From positions 7,706-71,705 of the forward strand of contig CAYOQP010000001.1 in the NCBI GenBank assembly GCA_964406145.1: a stretch of DNA of 64,000 nt. The letters are read 5' to 3'. Within the stretch, counting starts at the first letter, position 1. The number at the start of each line of letters is the position of its first letter. The position numbers and the translations under genes were made by a program. This DNA is from an uncultured Candidatus Saccharibacteria bacterium (GTDB lineage: Bacteria > Patescibacteriota > UBA1384 > XYA2-FULL-43-10 > 1-14-0-10-43-13). The notes under the pieces were generated by a model. That model had not been told where the DNA came from, made no database searches, and worked only from the letters and a program-made list of their open reading frames with translations. Positions 1 through 9,350 of the stretch are shown piece by piece.

Positions 1-221
1 TTGATGCCAGTTGCTTCAATTTCCGTCATGACAATATTATAAATCTGCTCCAAACCAGCGTAATCGATCGCGCTCGGCGTCGTCTGAATCAAAATAAAAT
101 TATCTCGCCCTTTTACTCCAGCGCAAATACCCTTGGTCACTTCCAGATTAGCCGTATTGAAAGCAGGGATAGCATAGCCACCTTCTCGTGCTTTTTTCAG
201 TTCTTGTGCAACATTGATCAT
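1..221 (-). CDS. fba: Class II fructose-bisphosphate aldolase, 5' part (runs off window start)
   Basis: Manual translation from ATG at 221: MINVAQELKKAREGGYAIPAFNTANLEVTKGICAG...FILIQTTPSAIDYAG, a typical class II FBA N-terminus; immediately downstream of pgk. Confidence 0.85.
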   Translation of the reverse strand, partial: MINVAQELKKAREGGYAIPAFNTANLEVTKGICAGVKGRDNFILIQTTPSAIDYAGLEQIYNIVMTEIEATGI

Positions 222-234
222 ATTATTAATCTGA

Positions 235-1350
235 TTAATTTAAAGCTTCAATTCCTGGTAATTTCATGCCCGCCAAGAAATCTAGGGCCGCCCCACCACC
301 GGTGGAGAGAAAAGTAATTTTCTTATCCAATCCTTCTTCTTTGACAAATCCGACAGTATCACCACCAGCAATGACCGTGACTGCATCAGCTTCATTCATC
401 GCTTTGGCAACCGTGCTCATACCGCCCTGATAGCGAGGATCTTCACTATAGCCAAGACTACCGTTCCAAAAGATTGTTTTTGCTCCCCTTATTGCGATAG
501 CAAAGTTTGTTCTAGTCTGAGCGCCAATATCTAATATTTTAAATCCACCACTTTGTCCTAGCTCTTTGACACTATCAACAGGCAAAACAATTTTATCACT
601 AAATTTTTCAAGTATTTCTTTGCATTTATCTACCATCTCGGTGTCATAGACCGAGCCACCGACATCCTCGCCCTTAGCCTTAACAAAAGTATTGGCAACA
701 CCGCCACCAAGAAGAATTTTATCAGCCATAGGGGCAAGCTTATCGATCACGCCCGCCTTGTCCTTGACCTTGACGCCACCGATGACTAAGACAAATGGTT
801 TCTCGGGATTTTCTGTGATTTTGCTTAAGTTTTCGACCTCAGCTTGCATTAATAGTCCAGCATAGCTTGGAATAAATTTGGTAATTGCTTCGACCGAGGC
901 ATTGGCTCGGTGCGACACGGCGAAAGCATCATTGACATAGACACCAAGATCACCAGAAGAAGAGGTTGTCATATTGGCAAGCTCTTCGCCAAATTGAGAA
1001 TCGTTCTCTTCTTCGCGGGGGTCGAAACGCAGATTCTCAAGCATCATGATGCTTTCACTCAAGACATATTCCTTTTGCGGACTATCAAAATCATGACGAA
1101 TGTTCAATTGTTCTCCAAGACGATTTGCTACTGGCCAAAGACTATAGAGTAGATCTGTTTGTCCTTCTGGACGTCCCAGATGAGTCCCGATGATGATTCT
1201 GCCGCCCTTGTCTAGAATATATTTTATCGTTGGCAATACTGCCTTAATGCGGTTATCATCGGTAATCTCTCCGTCCGTCATTGGCACATTAAAATCAACG
1301 CGCAAAAACACGCGTTTTCCTTTTAGATCGGCTTCTTGTACTTTCCTCAT
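235..1350 (-). CDS. pgk: Phosphoglycerate kinase
   Basis: RVDFNVP, HLGRP, LENLRF, NDAFAVSHR, STGGGA motifs. Confidence 0.97.
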   Translation of the reverse strand: MRKVQEADLKGKRVFLRVDFNVPMTDGEITDDNRIKAVLPTIKYILDKGGRIIIGTHLGRPEGQTDLLYSLWPVANRLGEQLNIRHDFDSPQKEYVLSESIMMLENLRFDPREEENDSQFGEELANMTTSSSGDLGVYVNDAFAVSHRANASVEAITKFIPSYAGLLMQAEVENLSKITENPEKPFVLVIGGVKVKDKAGVIDKLAPMADKILLGGGVANTFVKAKGEDVGGSVYDTEMVDKCKEILEKFSDKIVLPVDSVKELGQSGGFKILDIGAQTRTNFAIAIRGAKTIFWNGSLGYSEDPRYQGGMSTVAKAMNEADAVTVIAGGDTVGFVKEEGLDKKITFLSTGGGAALDFLAGMKLPGIEALN

Positions 1351-1419
1351 ATCCCTCCGAATATTTTCTTGATTTTATTGTACCACAAGAACAAGACTAA
1401 AAAAGGGGTTAGGGGCTCT

Positions 1420-1692
1420 TCATGGAGCCCCCTGTGCGCTGCCGACTTCTTTTTCGGTTCGTTCTTTTTCTTGCTGGATCTTTTTGAGTAGCTCCATCTT
1501 GATCTCATAATAGGCGTTATCTTCGAAGAAGAAATACCACGCCCAGATGAAACAAAAGAGCCAAGCAAGACTCGGAGACCTTTGGCAAAATGCGGCCCAG
1601 AGAGACCATAACCATGCCACAAGGACGACGATTCTCACAATCTTGTGAGAAATGGTGACTAGTTTCAGATCCAGTTCAGGCGGAATATGCAT
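1420..1692 (-). CDS. Small hypothetical membrane protein (about 90 aa, two hydrophobic segments, charged tail)
   Basis: ORF 1420..1752; ATG at 1692 has a GGAGGT SD; hairpin GGGGCTC/GAGCCCC plus T-run at the 3' end. Confidence 0.55.
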   Translation of the reverse strand: MHIPPELDLKLVTISHKIVRIVVLVAWLWSLWAAFCQRSPSLAWLFCFIWAWYFFFEDNAYYEIKMELLKKIQQEKERTEKEVGSAQGAP

Positions 1693-1802
1693 AACAGAAT
1701 TACCTCCAACGAAACATGTTATTGCTATACCACTTTTTAACATTATTCGCAACTTCTCTAATTAGTTCAAAAGGGATAAAATAGGATTATTATGGAGGGA
1801 AA

Positions 1803-2744
1803 TTGAACGCACGCATCAATGAACATCAGCTCAATCTAATTATTTCTTATATTCTGAATGAATTTGAAACTTTTGGTGTGCAAAAAAATGACGAGAAGAT
1901 TATGTTCGAATCGCTCAAGAAATCATCAGATTTTGTTATCTGGGCCGATAAACCAATCATCTCTTTTAAGAAAATCCTCTGGCCTAATGGACAGGAGATG
2001 GGTAAAAGAAATAACAGAAAAATTGCTTTTCTTGGCCTTGCTAACTGCGACGCAGAAGCACTCTCCAAATTTTTTCTAGAGTTTAATAAAACTGATTTAC
2101 TAATTGAAAGAAAAAATATTCTGGTCGTCACAACCAAGTGTAAGCCAGATGAGAATTGTTTCTGTCAAGCTTTTGGTAAAGTCAAATTTCAATATTCCGA
2201 TATTCACATCCAAAAAAATGGCCGCGATTTTGAGATCTTTGGGTTAACTCCAACTGGGAAAAGAATATTGGAGAATACCGGCGTCAAGAAAACATTGGGT
2301 CTCGAAATTGAAGAATTGCTCCCTCAGAATATCGAACAGATTGACAAAAATGAGTTATCAAACGAAATAGATAATAAGGAAAAATGGTCCGAATATTGGC
2401 AAGAAATTTCTGATAATTGTTTTGGCTGTGGCGCCTGCACCGCGGTTTGCCCGCTTTGTTTTTGCTTCCGACAAAATTCCAAGAATACCACGGATGGCAA
2501 ATGCAAAAATTGTCTAGAGTGGGACTCGTGTTTTTCGACAAGTTTTTCACAGATCCAACACCACTTTGATTTTCGACCAACCAACAAAGACCGCCTCTAC
2601 AATTGGTACCATCACAAATTCGATCGAGCATATTTTCAGAATAAACATTTCTTATGTACTGGTTGTGGTCGCTGCATCAAGGCCTGTCCGGCGCACCTTA
2701 ATCAATATCGAATAATTTCTCATTTGGTGAAAAAAAATGATTAA
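1803..2744 (+). CDS. hydB: Sulfhydrogenase-type (group 3b) hydrogenase beta subunit, 2x[4Fe-4S], AsrA/HydB-like
   Basis: CFGCGACTAVCPLCFC, WDSC, HKF and CTGCGRCIKACP motifs; GGAGGG SD before TTG start. Confidence 0.88.
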   Translation: MNARINEHQLNLIISYILNEFETFGVQKNDEKIMFESLKKSSDFVIWADKPIISFKKILWPNGQEMGKRNNRKIAFLGLANCDAEALSKFFLEFNKTDLLIERKNILVVTTKCKPDENCFCQAFGKVKFQYSDIHIQKNGRDFEIFGLTPTGKRILENTGVKKTLGLEIEELLPQNIEQIDKNELSNEIDNKEKWSEYWQEISDNCFGCGACTAVCPLCFCFRQNSKNTTDGKCKNCLEWDSCFSTSFSQIQHHFDFRPTNKDRLYNWYHHKFDRAYFQNKHFLCTGCGRCIKACPAHLNQYRIISHLVKKND

Positions 2745-3543
2745 GAAAATAAATAATTTTGAATACCAAGAATATGAAATATTAGACAAAGAGGAGATTG
2801 CTCCGGAAACATTTTTGTTTAAATTAAAAGACAATATTCCTTTTAAGCCTGGGCAATTTGTCCAAGTCGCGATAGATCATTTTGGCGAAGCAACCTTTGC
2901 TATCTGTTCAAGTCCACATGAGAAAGAATATTTTGAGCTCTGTATTAGAAATTCCGGCAACACCTCCGGTCACCTAACGACTCTTCTGCCCGGAGACAAA
3001 ATGAAGATACGGGGACCATATGGCAATGGTTGGCCGATTGAGAAATTATTCGGAAAAGAAATTGTATTGATTGCTGGCGGTTTAGGATTGGTTCCCCTGC
3101 GTCCATTAATTTTTGCCCTTGAGAAAAGAAAGGTGAAGCTTGGGACAATAAAAATATTTGCCGGATTCAAGAGCCCCGAACAGGTCGTCTTCAAACAAGA
3201 TTTGCGTAATTGGATCAAGAAGTACCATGCTGATGTTGTCGTCGAGTACACTGAGAAGAATTTCTGGGGCGAGAAAGGCATGATCACCGAGGCACTAGAA
3301 AAAAGAAAATTAAATCCGAGCAGATCGATCGTCTTGATATGCGGACCAGAAATAATGTGTCCATATTGTAACGCCGTGTTATTCAAAAAAGGCATTGGGA
3401 AAGATCAGATTTACATCTCTTTAGAGCGAAGAATGGAATGTGGTATTGGTATCTGCCAGCATTGCAACTGCGGCAAACATTTAGTCTGTCAAGATGGTCC
3501 GATTTTTAGACTAGACAAAATCGAAAAAGAAATAGGCAAATAA
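2737..3543 (+). CDS. hydG: Hydrogenase gamma subunit, FAD/NAD(P)-binding with [2Fe-2S], AsrB/HydG-like
   Basis: PGQF, RGPYGNGW, AGGLGLVPL, CGPEIM, ERRMECGIGICQHC, VCQDGP. Confidence 0.9.
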   Translation: MIKKINNFEYQEYEILDKEEIAPETFLFKLKDNIPFKPGQFVQVAIDHFGEATFAICSSPHEKEYFELCIRNSGNTSGHLTTLLPGDKMKIRGPYGNGWPIEKLFGKEIVLIAGGLGLVPLRPLIFALEKRKVKLGTIKIFAGFKSPEQVVFKQDLRNWIKKYHADVVVEYTEKNFWGEKGMITEALEKRKLNPSRSIVLICGPEIMCPYCNAVLFKKGIGKDQIYISLERRMECGIGICQHCNCGKHLVCQDGPIFRLDKIEKEIGK

Positions 3544-4287
3544 ATGCAAAACAAAGAAACAATTAATGATTTTATACCCAAGAAAAAATTAGCTATTTTT
3601 TCCTTGACCTCTTGTGAAGGTTGTCAGTTCGAAATGCTAAGCTGTTATGAGGATTTTGAAAAAATCTTAAAATTTTATGACGTTGTAAATTTTCGTCTAG
3701 GTCAGGAAATAAATTTACCCGGACCATTTGATGTTTCAATAGTCGAAGGCAACCCCGATGGTGAAAAACAGGAAAAATTATTAAAAGAAATCCGCAAACA
3801 CACTAAATTAGTCATTGCTATAGGCGCTTGTGCTCACCTTGGCGGCATCCAATCAGAACGAAATCATCAACCCAAAAAACTTATAGATAAAGAAAAAACC
3901 AAAACAGTCGCCGACGTTATCAGGGTAGAATATATCATTCCTGGTTGCCCGATCAACAGATTTGAGCTTTATGATTGCTTAATGGACGTTTATTGGGGCA
4001 AAATTTTTCGTCTACCAGACCTAGCTGTTTGCTTCGAATGTCGTCAAAATGAAAATCCCTGCCTTTTGAAACAGAAAAAACTTTGTCTGGGACCAATTAC
4101 TCGAGCTGGATGCGATTCTGTCTGTGTCAACAGTGGTGAGGCCTGTCTGGGCTGTCGCGGCACGATTCCAAATCCGAACATCAAGAAGCTAAAACAAATT
4201 TTAGGAGCAAATTTTTCAGAAAAAGAGATTGATAATTTTATGACCATATACGGTACAAGTAAAGATTTAGAGGCAAATTTACAATGA
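3544..4287 (+). CDS. hydD: [NiFe] hydrogenase small (delta) subunit
   Basis: SCEGC, VEG, AIGACA, IPGCP, VCFEC, CLGPITRAGC, CLGCRG. Confidence 0.92.
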   Translation: MQNKETINDFIPKKKLAIFSLTSCEGCQFEMLSCYEDFEKILKFYDVVNFRLGQEINLPGPFDVSIVEGNPDGEKQEKLLKEIRKHTKLVIAIGACAHLGGIQSERNHQPKKLIDKEKTKTVADVIRVEYIIPGCPINRFELYDCLMDVYWGKIFRLPDLAVCFECRQNENPCLLKQKKLCLGPITRAGCDSVCVNSGEACLGCRGTIPNPNIKKLKQILGANFSEKEIDNFMTIYGTSKDLEANLQ

Positions 4288-5531
4288 ACGAAGCAGTCCC
4301 AAAAATTGAAGGCCACGCCGCTTTTTACTCTCATTTGAAGAATGGCCATGTTGATAAAGCCCAGCTAATTGGTTTAGAGAATGATCGTTTTGTCGAGAAA
4401 ATACTGTTTGGACGAAAATATTTTGAAGCCCCGATCATTACTTCACGTATCTGCGGAATATGTCCGACAATTCACAACATCACTTCAATAAAGGCGATCG
4501 AGGCGGCTTGCGGAATTGTGCCATCGTCTCAGACCAAGAAACTTCGAGAGCTAATGCTTTGTGGCCAGATGATACAAAGTCATTCTCTCCATCTCTACCT
4601 TTTAGTCGCGCCAGATTTTGTTGGAGCAAGCTCTTCATTTGAATTACAAAAAACTCATCCGGAATTATTCAAAAATGCCATCGAGCTAAAAAAATATGCT
4701 GACAAAATCATTGAAACAATCGGCGGACGAGCAGTCCATCCTATTGCCAGTGTCCCAGGCGGATTCAAGTCCTATCCAGAGAAAAAAGAACTGGAATTCT
4801 TAGCTGAATCAGCTAAACAGGTAGAAGAAATTGCCGCCAGAACTCTACGCCTTTTTGCTAGCTTTGGCTATCCGACAATAGAGCGAGAGATTATTTATAG
4901 CTCACTTCATTCAGATGGGGAATATGCTTTTTATGATGGAGATATTTGGACCTCGGCTGGCGACCTATTTAAGGCCGAGGAATATAACAGTTATATTTAC
5001 GAAGAGATTAAACCATACACTCATGCAAAGTTTGGGACTCTTAAGGGCAAGGAGATCATGGTTGGGGCAATGGCTAGATATAATCAAAACCACAGTCACT
5101 TCAATAGAAAAACCAAAGAAATTATTTCTGAATTAGGAATTGTTAACAAATTCGATAATCCATTCAATAATATTTTGGCCCAAGCAATCGAGAACTACTA
5201 TTTCGTTACTTTGTCTGCTGAAATTATTTCTAATTTATTGAAAAATGGCATTAAAAAAGAACATATTTTACCACCGAGAAGGTTCGGCATTGGGACTGGT
5301 GTCTGCGAAGCACCTCGTGGAACCTTGTTTCATCACTACGAGCTAGACGAGGAAGGCTTTATTACAAAATGTGATATTATCACACCAACGGTGCAAAGTT
5401 TGCCAGCCTTAGAACACGACATGAAGAAAATGGGGCCATTGCTCAAAGAGGCCGATACCGAAGAAAGAAACAGACTAATCGAAATGTTAATACGTGCTTA
5501 TGATCCTTGTATCACCTGCGCCACACACTAG
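4284..5531 (+). CDS. hydA: [NiFe] hydrogenase large (alpha) subunit, group 3b-like
   Basis: IEGH, L1 motif RICGICPTIH, EAPRG, L2 motif RAYDPCITCATH. Confidence 0.95.
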   Translation: MNEAVPKIEGHAAFYSHLKNGHVDKAQLIGLENDRFVEKILFGRKYFEAPIITSRICGICPTIHNITSIKAIEAACGIVPSSQTKKLRELMLCGQMIQSHSLHLYLLVAPDFVGASSSFELQKTHPELFKNAIELKKYADKIIETIGGRAVHPIASVPGGFKSYPEKKELEFLAESAKQVEEIAARTLRLFASFGYPTIEREIIYSSLHSDGEYAFYDGDIWTSAGDLFKAEEYNSYIYEEIKPYTHAKFGTLKGKEIMVGAMARYNQNHSHFNRKTKEIISELGIVNKFDNPFNNILAQAIENYYFVTLSAEIISNLLKNGIKKEHILPPRRFGIGTGVCEAPRGTLFHHYELDEEGFITKCDIITPTVQSLPALEHDMKKMGPLLKEADTEERNRLIEMLIRAYDPCITCATH

Positions 5532-5570
5532 GCTCTTTCAAATAATGTAAATCAGTAATAAAATATTTTT

Positions 5571-6455
5571 ATGAATGTTATCGAAATAACAAAATTAACA
5601 AAATATTATCTTGGCAAGAAAGTCTTGGGTATAAAGGATCTTAACCTTGAAGTTAAAGAAGGCGAAATTTTCGGTTTCATTGGTCCAAATGGTGCGGGCA
5701 AATCTACCACCATTAGACTTCTTCTAGATTTTATCCGGCCGACATCTGGAAATGCTAAAATATTTGGCCAGGATATTAATATCAAGTCAGTAGAAATTAA
5801 AAAACAGATCGGCTATTTGCCTGGAGAGATCTTCCTGGAAGACAATATAACAGGCAAAGAATGCCTAGATTACTACAAGGGCTTCAAAGAAAATGTTGAC
5901 GAAAAGTATCTCGATAGTTTAATAAAGCGTATGGGCCTAAGCCTGTCCAAGAAAGTCAGAGATTATTCGAAAGGAAATAAACAAAAACTGGCGATAATCT
6001 TGGCATTGATGCACAAACCGAAATTATTAATTCTTGACGAACCAACTAGCGGCCTTGATCCATTAAATCAACATGAATTTTTTGAAATTTTGAAAGAAAC
6101 AAAAAAAGAAGGCGTGACTACATTTCTGTCGACCCACATCCTTGATGAGGCTAATCGAATTTGTGATCGCGTCGGCATTATCAAATCAGGTAAGTTAATC
6201 GCTATTGAGGACATCGATGAATTTAGGACGAAGAATATTCGCGATATACATATCAAAACCTCCGAAACTATTCCCTCTTCAGTATTGAATACAGCCGGTA
6301 TTACTAAATCAGAGAAAACTGAAACGGGATATCACCTATCAATCGTCGGCCCAGATGCTCAAATCTTAAAAGAGATACTCAAATATTCAGTCGAAGATAT
6401 CGACATCGAAAAACCAACGCTAGAAGAGATATTTATTAGGTTTTACAAAGATTAA
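5571..6455 (+). CDS. ABC-2 type transporter ATP-binding protein
   Basis: Walker A GPNGAGKST, signature-like YSKGNKQK, Walker B LLILDEPT, H-loop STH. Confidence 0.93.
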   Translation: MNVIEITKLTKYYLGKKVLGIKDLNLEVKEGEIFGFIGPNGAGKSTTIRLLLDFIRPTSGNAKIFGQDINIKSVEIKKQIGYLPGEIFLEDNITGKECLDYYKGFKENVDEKYLDSLIKRMGLSLSKKVRDYSKGNKQKLAIILALMHKPKLLILDEPTSGLDPLNQHEFFEILKETKKEGVTTFLSTHILDEANRICDRVGIIKSGKLIAIEDIDEFRTKNIRDIHIKTSETIPSSVLNTAGITKSEKTETGYHLSIVGPDAQILKEILKYSVEDIDIEKPTLEEIFIRFYKD

Positions 6456-6456
6456 T

Positions 6457-7251
6457 ATGATCAACATCATAAAATACAATTTAAGAAAACAGTTTAAAAG
6501 CATCGCCATATACTTAGTCGCGCTGGTTGGATTTGCATTAATGTATATATCGCTATTTCCCTCTATGAAAAAGATCGACATCGAAGCGATGATGGCACAG
6601 ATGCCCAAAGAATTCTTAGGTTTTTTGGGGGAAGGTGGCGCTGCTAGCTACGGCAAGATTGAAGGATATCTCTCTGGTGAATTTTTTTCATTCTTCTTCA
6701 TACTCTTGGTTGGCTTTTATGTTTCCTCAGTAGCAGGATCAGCTATTGCCGGTAAAATTGAAAAAAGGGTAATGGATTTTGACCTCTCGCAACCAATTTC
6801 AAGATCAAAAAGGCTAATTTCTGAGACACTAGTTGCAATGTTTTATTCATTTATAATTGTCGGAGTTGTCTGTCTTTCGACTAAGTTATTGTGTCTAGCA
6901 TTTGATATATCGATATCAAGCAAAGGATTGTTATTTATGACAATTATTGGCACACTCTTCGCCTGGGCTCTATATGGGATAGCAATATTCATTTCAAGCA
7001 TCACGAGGTCCAAAATTGCAGTCTCTGGTATAACCGTATTCATCACGCTTGCCTCTTATATTTTCTACGCTTTATCACTTGCCGTTGAGAAAATAAAGGA
7101 TTATGGCAAATACAGTCTGTACAACTACTACGATCCACAAAAAATCCTCTCGAAATCAGAAATAAGCCCCGAACAATGTCTCGTCTTCCTTGCTATTTTT
7201 GCTGTAGGCACAGCAATGGCAATGATTATTTTTAACAAAAAAGATACATAA
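6457..7251 (+). CDS. ABC-2 type transporter permease
   Basis: About six hydrophobic segments, 'LSQPISR' motif, adjacent to the ABC ATPase. Confidence 0.85.
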   Translation: MINIIKYNLRKQFKSIAIYLVALVGFALMYISLFPSMKKIDIEAMMAQMPKEFLGFLGEGGAASYGKIEGYLSGEFFSFFFILLVGFYVSSVAGSAIAGKIEKRVMDFDLSQPISRSKRLISETLVAMFYSFIIVGVVCLSTKLLCLAFDISISSKGLLFMTIIGTLFAWALYGIAIFISSITRSKIAVSGITVFITLASYIFYALSLAVEKIKDYGKYSLYNYYDPQKILSKSEISPEQCLVFLAIFAVGTAMAMIIFNKKDT

Positions 7252-7283
7252 AAAAAAATAACCTCGAGAGAGGTCATTTTTTT
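7251..7283. terminator. Probable bidirectional intrinsic terminator
   Basis: A-run, ACCTC-GAGA-GAGGT hairpin, T-run; lies between convergent permease and hypC. Confidence 0.65.
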
Positions 7284-7303
7284 AAAATATATTCTAACAG
7301 TAA

Positions 7304-7537
7304 TCAATCGTGTCGTTCACAAGCCATCTCTTCATGAGTCTTGATAAACTCTAGGTTTTCTTCGGCTTCTTTTTCCGAAATTTTAGACAGCGCTCGGCCA
7401 TCATGCATCAATATCCAATCTCCTTTCTTTACCTCGGGAGCCAAGGAAATGTCTGCGATATATTCTTTACCATCATATTTAAAATAAGCTTTTTGTTCTT
7501 CAATTTTAATAATTTTTCCGGGAATTGCCAAACACAT
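7304..7537 (-). CDS. hypC: Hydrogenase maturation chaperone HypC/HupF
   Basis: N-terminal MCLAIPG and GDWILMH motifs, 77 aa. Confidence 0.92.
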   Translation of the reverse strand: MCLAIPGKIIKIEEQKAYFKYDGKEYIADISLAPEVKKGDWILMHDGRALSKISEKEAEENLEFIKTHEEMACERHD

Positions 7538-8527
7538 TTATTTTTTGCCAATCAATTGTGCAAGATCAACTAATCTTTCGGAATAGCCCCACTCGTTGTC
7601 ATACCAAGCGATAACTTTGATCAAATTTCCGCCAACAACTTGAGTTAACGAAAGATCAACAATCGTAGAATTTTTATTGCCAAGCAAATCGCTAGAGACA
7701 ATCTGCTCATCAGTTGTGGCAAGTATTCCCATCATCTCTTCGTCTTCAGCGCCAACAAAAGCTTTATTAATCTCATCGACCGTAACTTCTTTCTTCAATA
7801 CTGCTGTAATATCAGCCAAAGAGACAACTGGAGTTGGAACTCTAACGGCTAAGCCATCAAATCGATCTTTCAAAGCAGGGATGGTTTTGAAAGCCGCCTT
7901 GGCCGCACCAGTAGAAGTCGGGACAATATTTAAAGCCGCCGCCCGAGCTCGACGCAAATCCTTGTGGGGACCATCAACCAAATTTTGGTCAGCAGTATAA
8001 GAATGAATTGTCGTCATTAAAGATTTCTCAATGCCAAATTTTTCTTCTATGACTTTCATGACGGGAGTTATGCAATTTGTCGTACAAGATGCGTTAGAAA
8101 CAATATCCTCACCAGCATATTTATCAGCATTGACACCGATTACATACATCGGCGTATCGTCCTTGGGTGGCGCTGACATGACAACTTTTTTTGCCCCTGC
8201 TTTGATATGAGATTTAGCATCTTCTTGCGTTAAGAAATGTCCAGTACATTCAAGTACAACATCAATACCAAGCTCTCGCCAAGGCAACTTGGCCGGCTCC
8301 TTCTCCGCATATGCATGAATTCTTTTTTTATCAATAATTATATCGTTCTCGTCGAAACCAACCTCGTGAGACCAGATCCCATAGGCAGTATCGTATTTCA
8401 AAAGATGGGCCAAGGTCTCTGTTTCTGTCAGATCATTAATGGCTACAAGCTCAAGATCTTTACGCTCATAAATAATTTTTGCGGCCGCGCGACCAATACG
8501 TCCAAAGCCATTGATAGCAATTTTCAT
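7538..8527 (-). CDS. gap: Type I glyceraldehyde-3-phosphate dehydrogenase
   Basis: AINGFGRIGR, ASCTTNC, WYDNEWGY. Confidence 0.98.
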   Translation of the reverse strand: MKIAINGFGRIGRAAAKIIYERKDLELVAINDLTETETLAHLLKYDTAYGIWSHEVGFDENDIIIDKKRIHAYAEKEPAKLPWRELGIDVVLECTGHFLTQEDAKSHIKAGAKKVVMSAPPKDDTPMYVIGVNADKYAGEDIVSNASCTTNCITPVMKVIEEKFGIEKSLMTTIHSYTADQNLVDGPHKDLRRARAAALNIVPTSTGAAKAAFKTIPALKDRFDGLAVRVPTPVVSLADITAVLKKEVTVDEINKAFVGAEDEEMMGILATTDEQIVSSDLLGNKNSTIVDLSLTQVVGGNLIKVIAWYDNEWGYSERLVDLAQLIGKK

Positions 8528-8536
8528 TTTTTCCTC

Positions 8537-9289
8537 TTAAGGTCTTAAACTTTTTGTTTCTGCCCAAATTTTACAAATTTTGATAAATTCAGCACTTCTA
8601 ACGCTGGCGCTTCCGACTAAGACACCGTCGATCTCCGGACGTCCTGCGTATTCCTTGATGTTAGCCGAACTAACGCTACCTCCATACAATATTGGGGTTT
8701 CGGAATGGACCAGCTCTCTTAATCTTACAATGGCTTTAGCCACGTATAACGGATCGGCATTCTCATGTTTAGTCGTTGAAGTTATGGCCCAGATAGGCTC
8801 ATAAGCCACAACAATATTGCGATAATATTTCTTAGGTACTCCTCGTAGAGCTTCTTCGAGCTCTTTGACTGGCTGATTGAAATTAGTACTTTTGGTCTTC
8901 TCGCCGACACAAATAATTGGCACAAGCCCTGCTTTTAGAGCCGCCAAAACTTTTTCATTAACCTCAATATTGGTCTCACCAAAGTGCTCTCTGCGCTCTG
9001 AATGGCCAACAATAACATAATCTGAAACTTCTTTGACCATCAAGGGCGAAATTTCACCTGTGTAGGCTCCATCTGGCTCATAGAACATATCTTGAGCGCC
9101 CAAAACAGTCTTCCCACCACGTTTCAAAATGTCAGCGATTTCCGTTAACCACAAAATTGGAGGACAAATTATCACCTCAATGTCTTTGAGATCGGCAACA
9201 TTGTTTCTGACAGCAGTTGCGATAACATGAGCGTCAGCAACGCTTGTTACATACATTTTCCAGTTAGCAACGATAATAGAGCGTTTCAT
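8537..9289 (-). CDS. tpiA: Triosephosphate isomerase
   Basis: NWKM, GHSERR, AYEPIWAI, YGGSV. Confidence 0.95.
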   Translation of the reverse strand: MKRSIIVANWKMYVTSVADAHVIATAVRNNVADLKDIEVIICPPILWLTEIADILKRGGKTVLGAQDMFYEPDGAYTGEISPLMVKEVSDYVIVGHSERREHFGETNIEVNEKVLAALKAGLVPIICVGEKTKSTNFNQPVKELEEALRGVPKKYYRNIVVAYEPIWAITSTTKHENADPLYVAKAIVRLRELVHSETPILYGGSVSSANIKEYAGRPEIDGVLVGSASVRSAEFIKICKIWAETKSLRP

Positions 9290-9350
9290 TTCCCTCCAAT
9301 ATTATATTTGATCCGCTTGCCATCATTATACAATTTGATTGCAAATTTGG

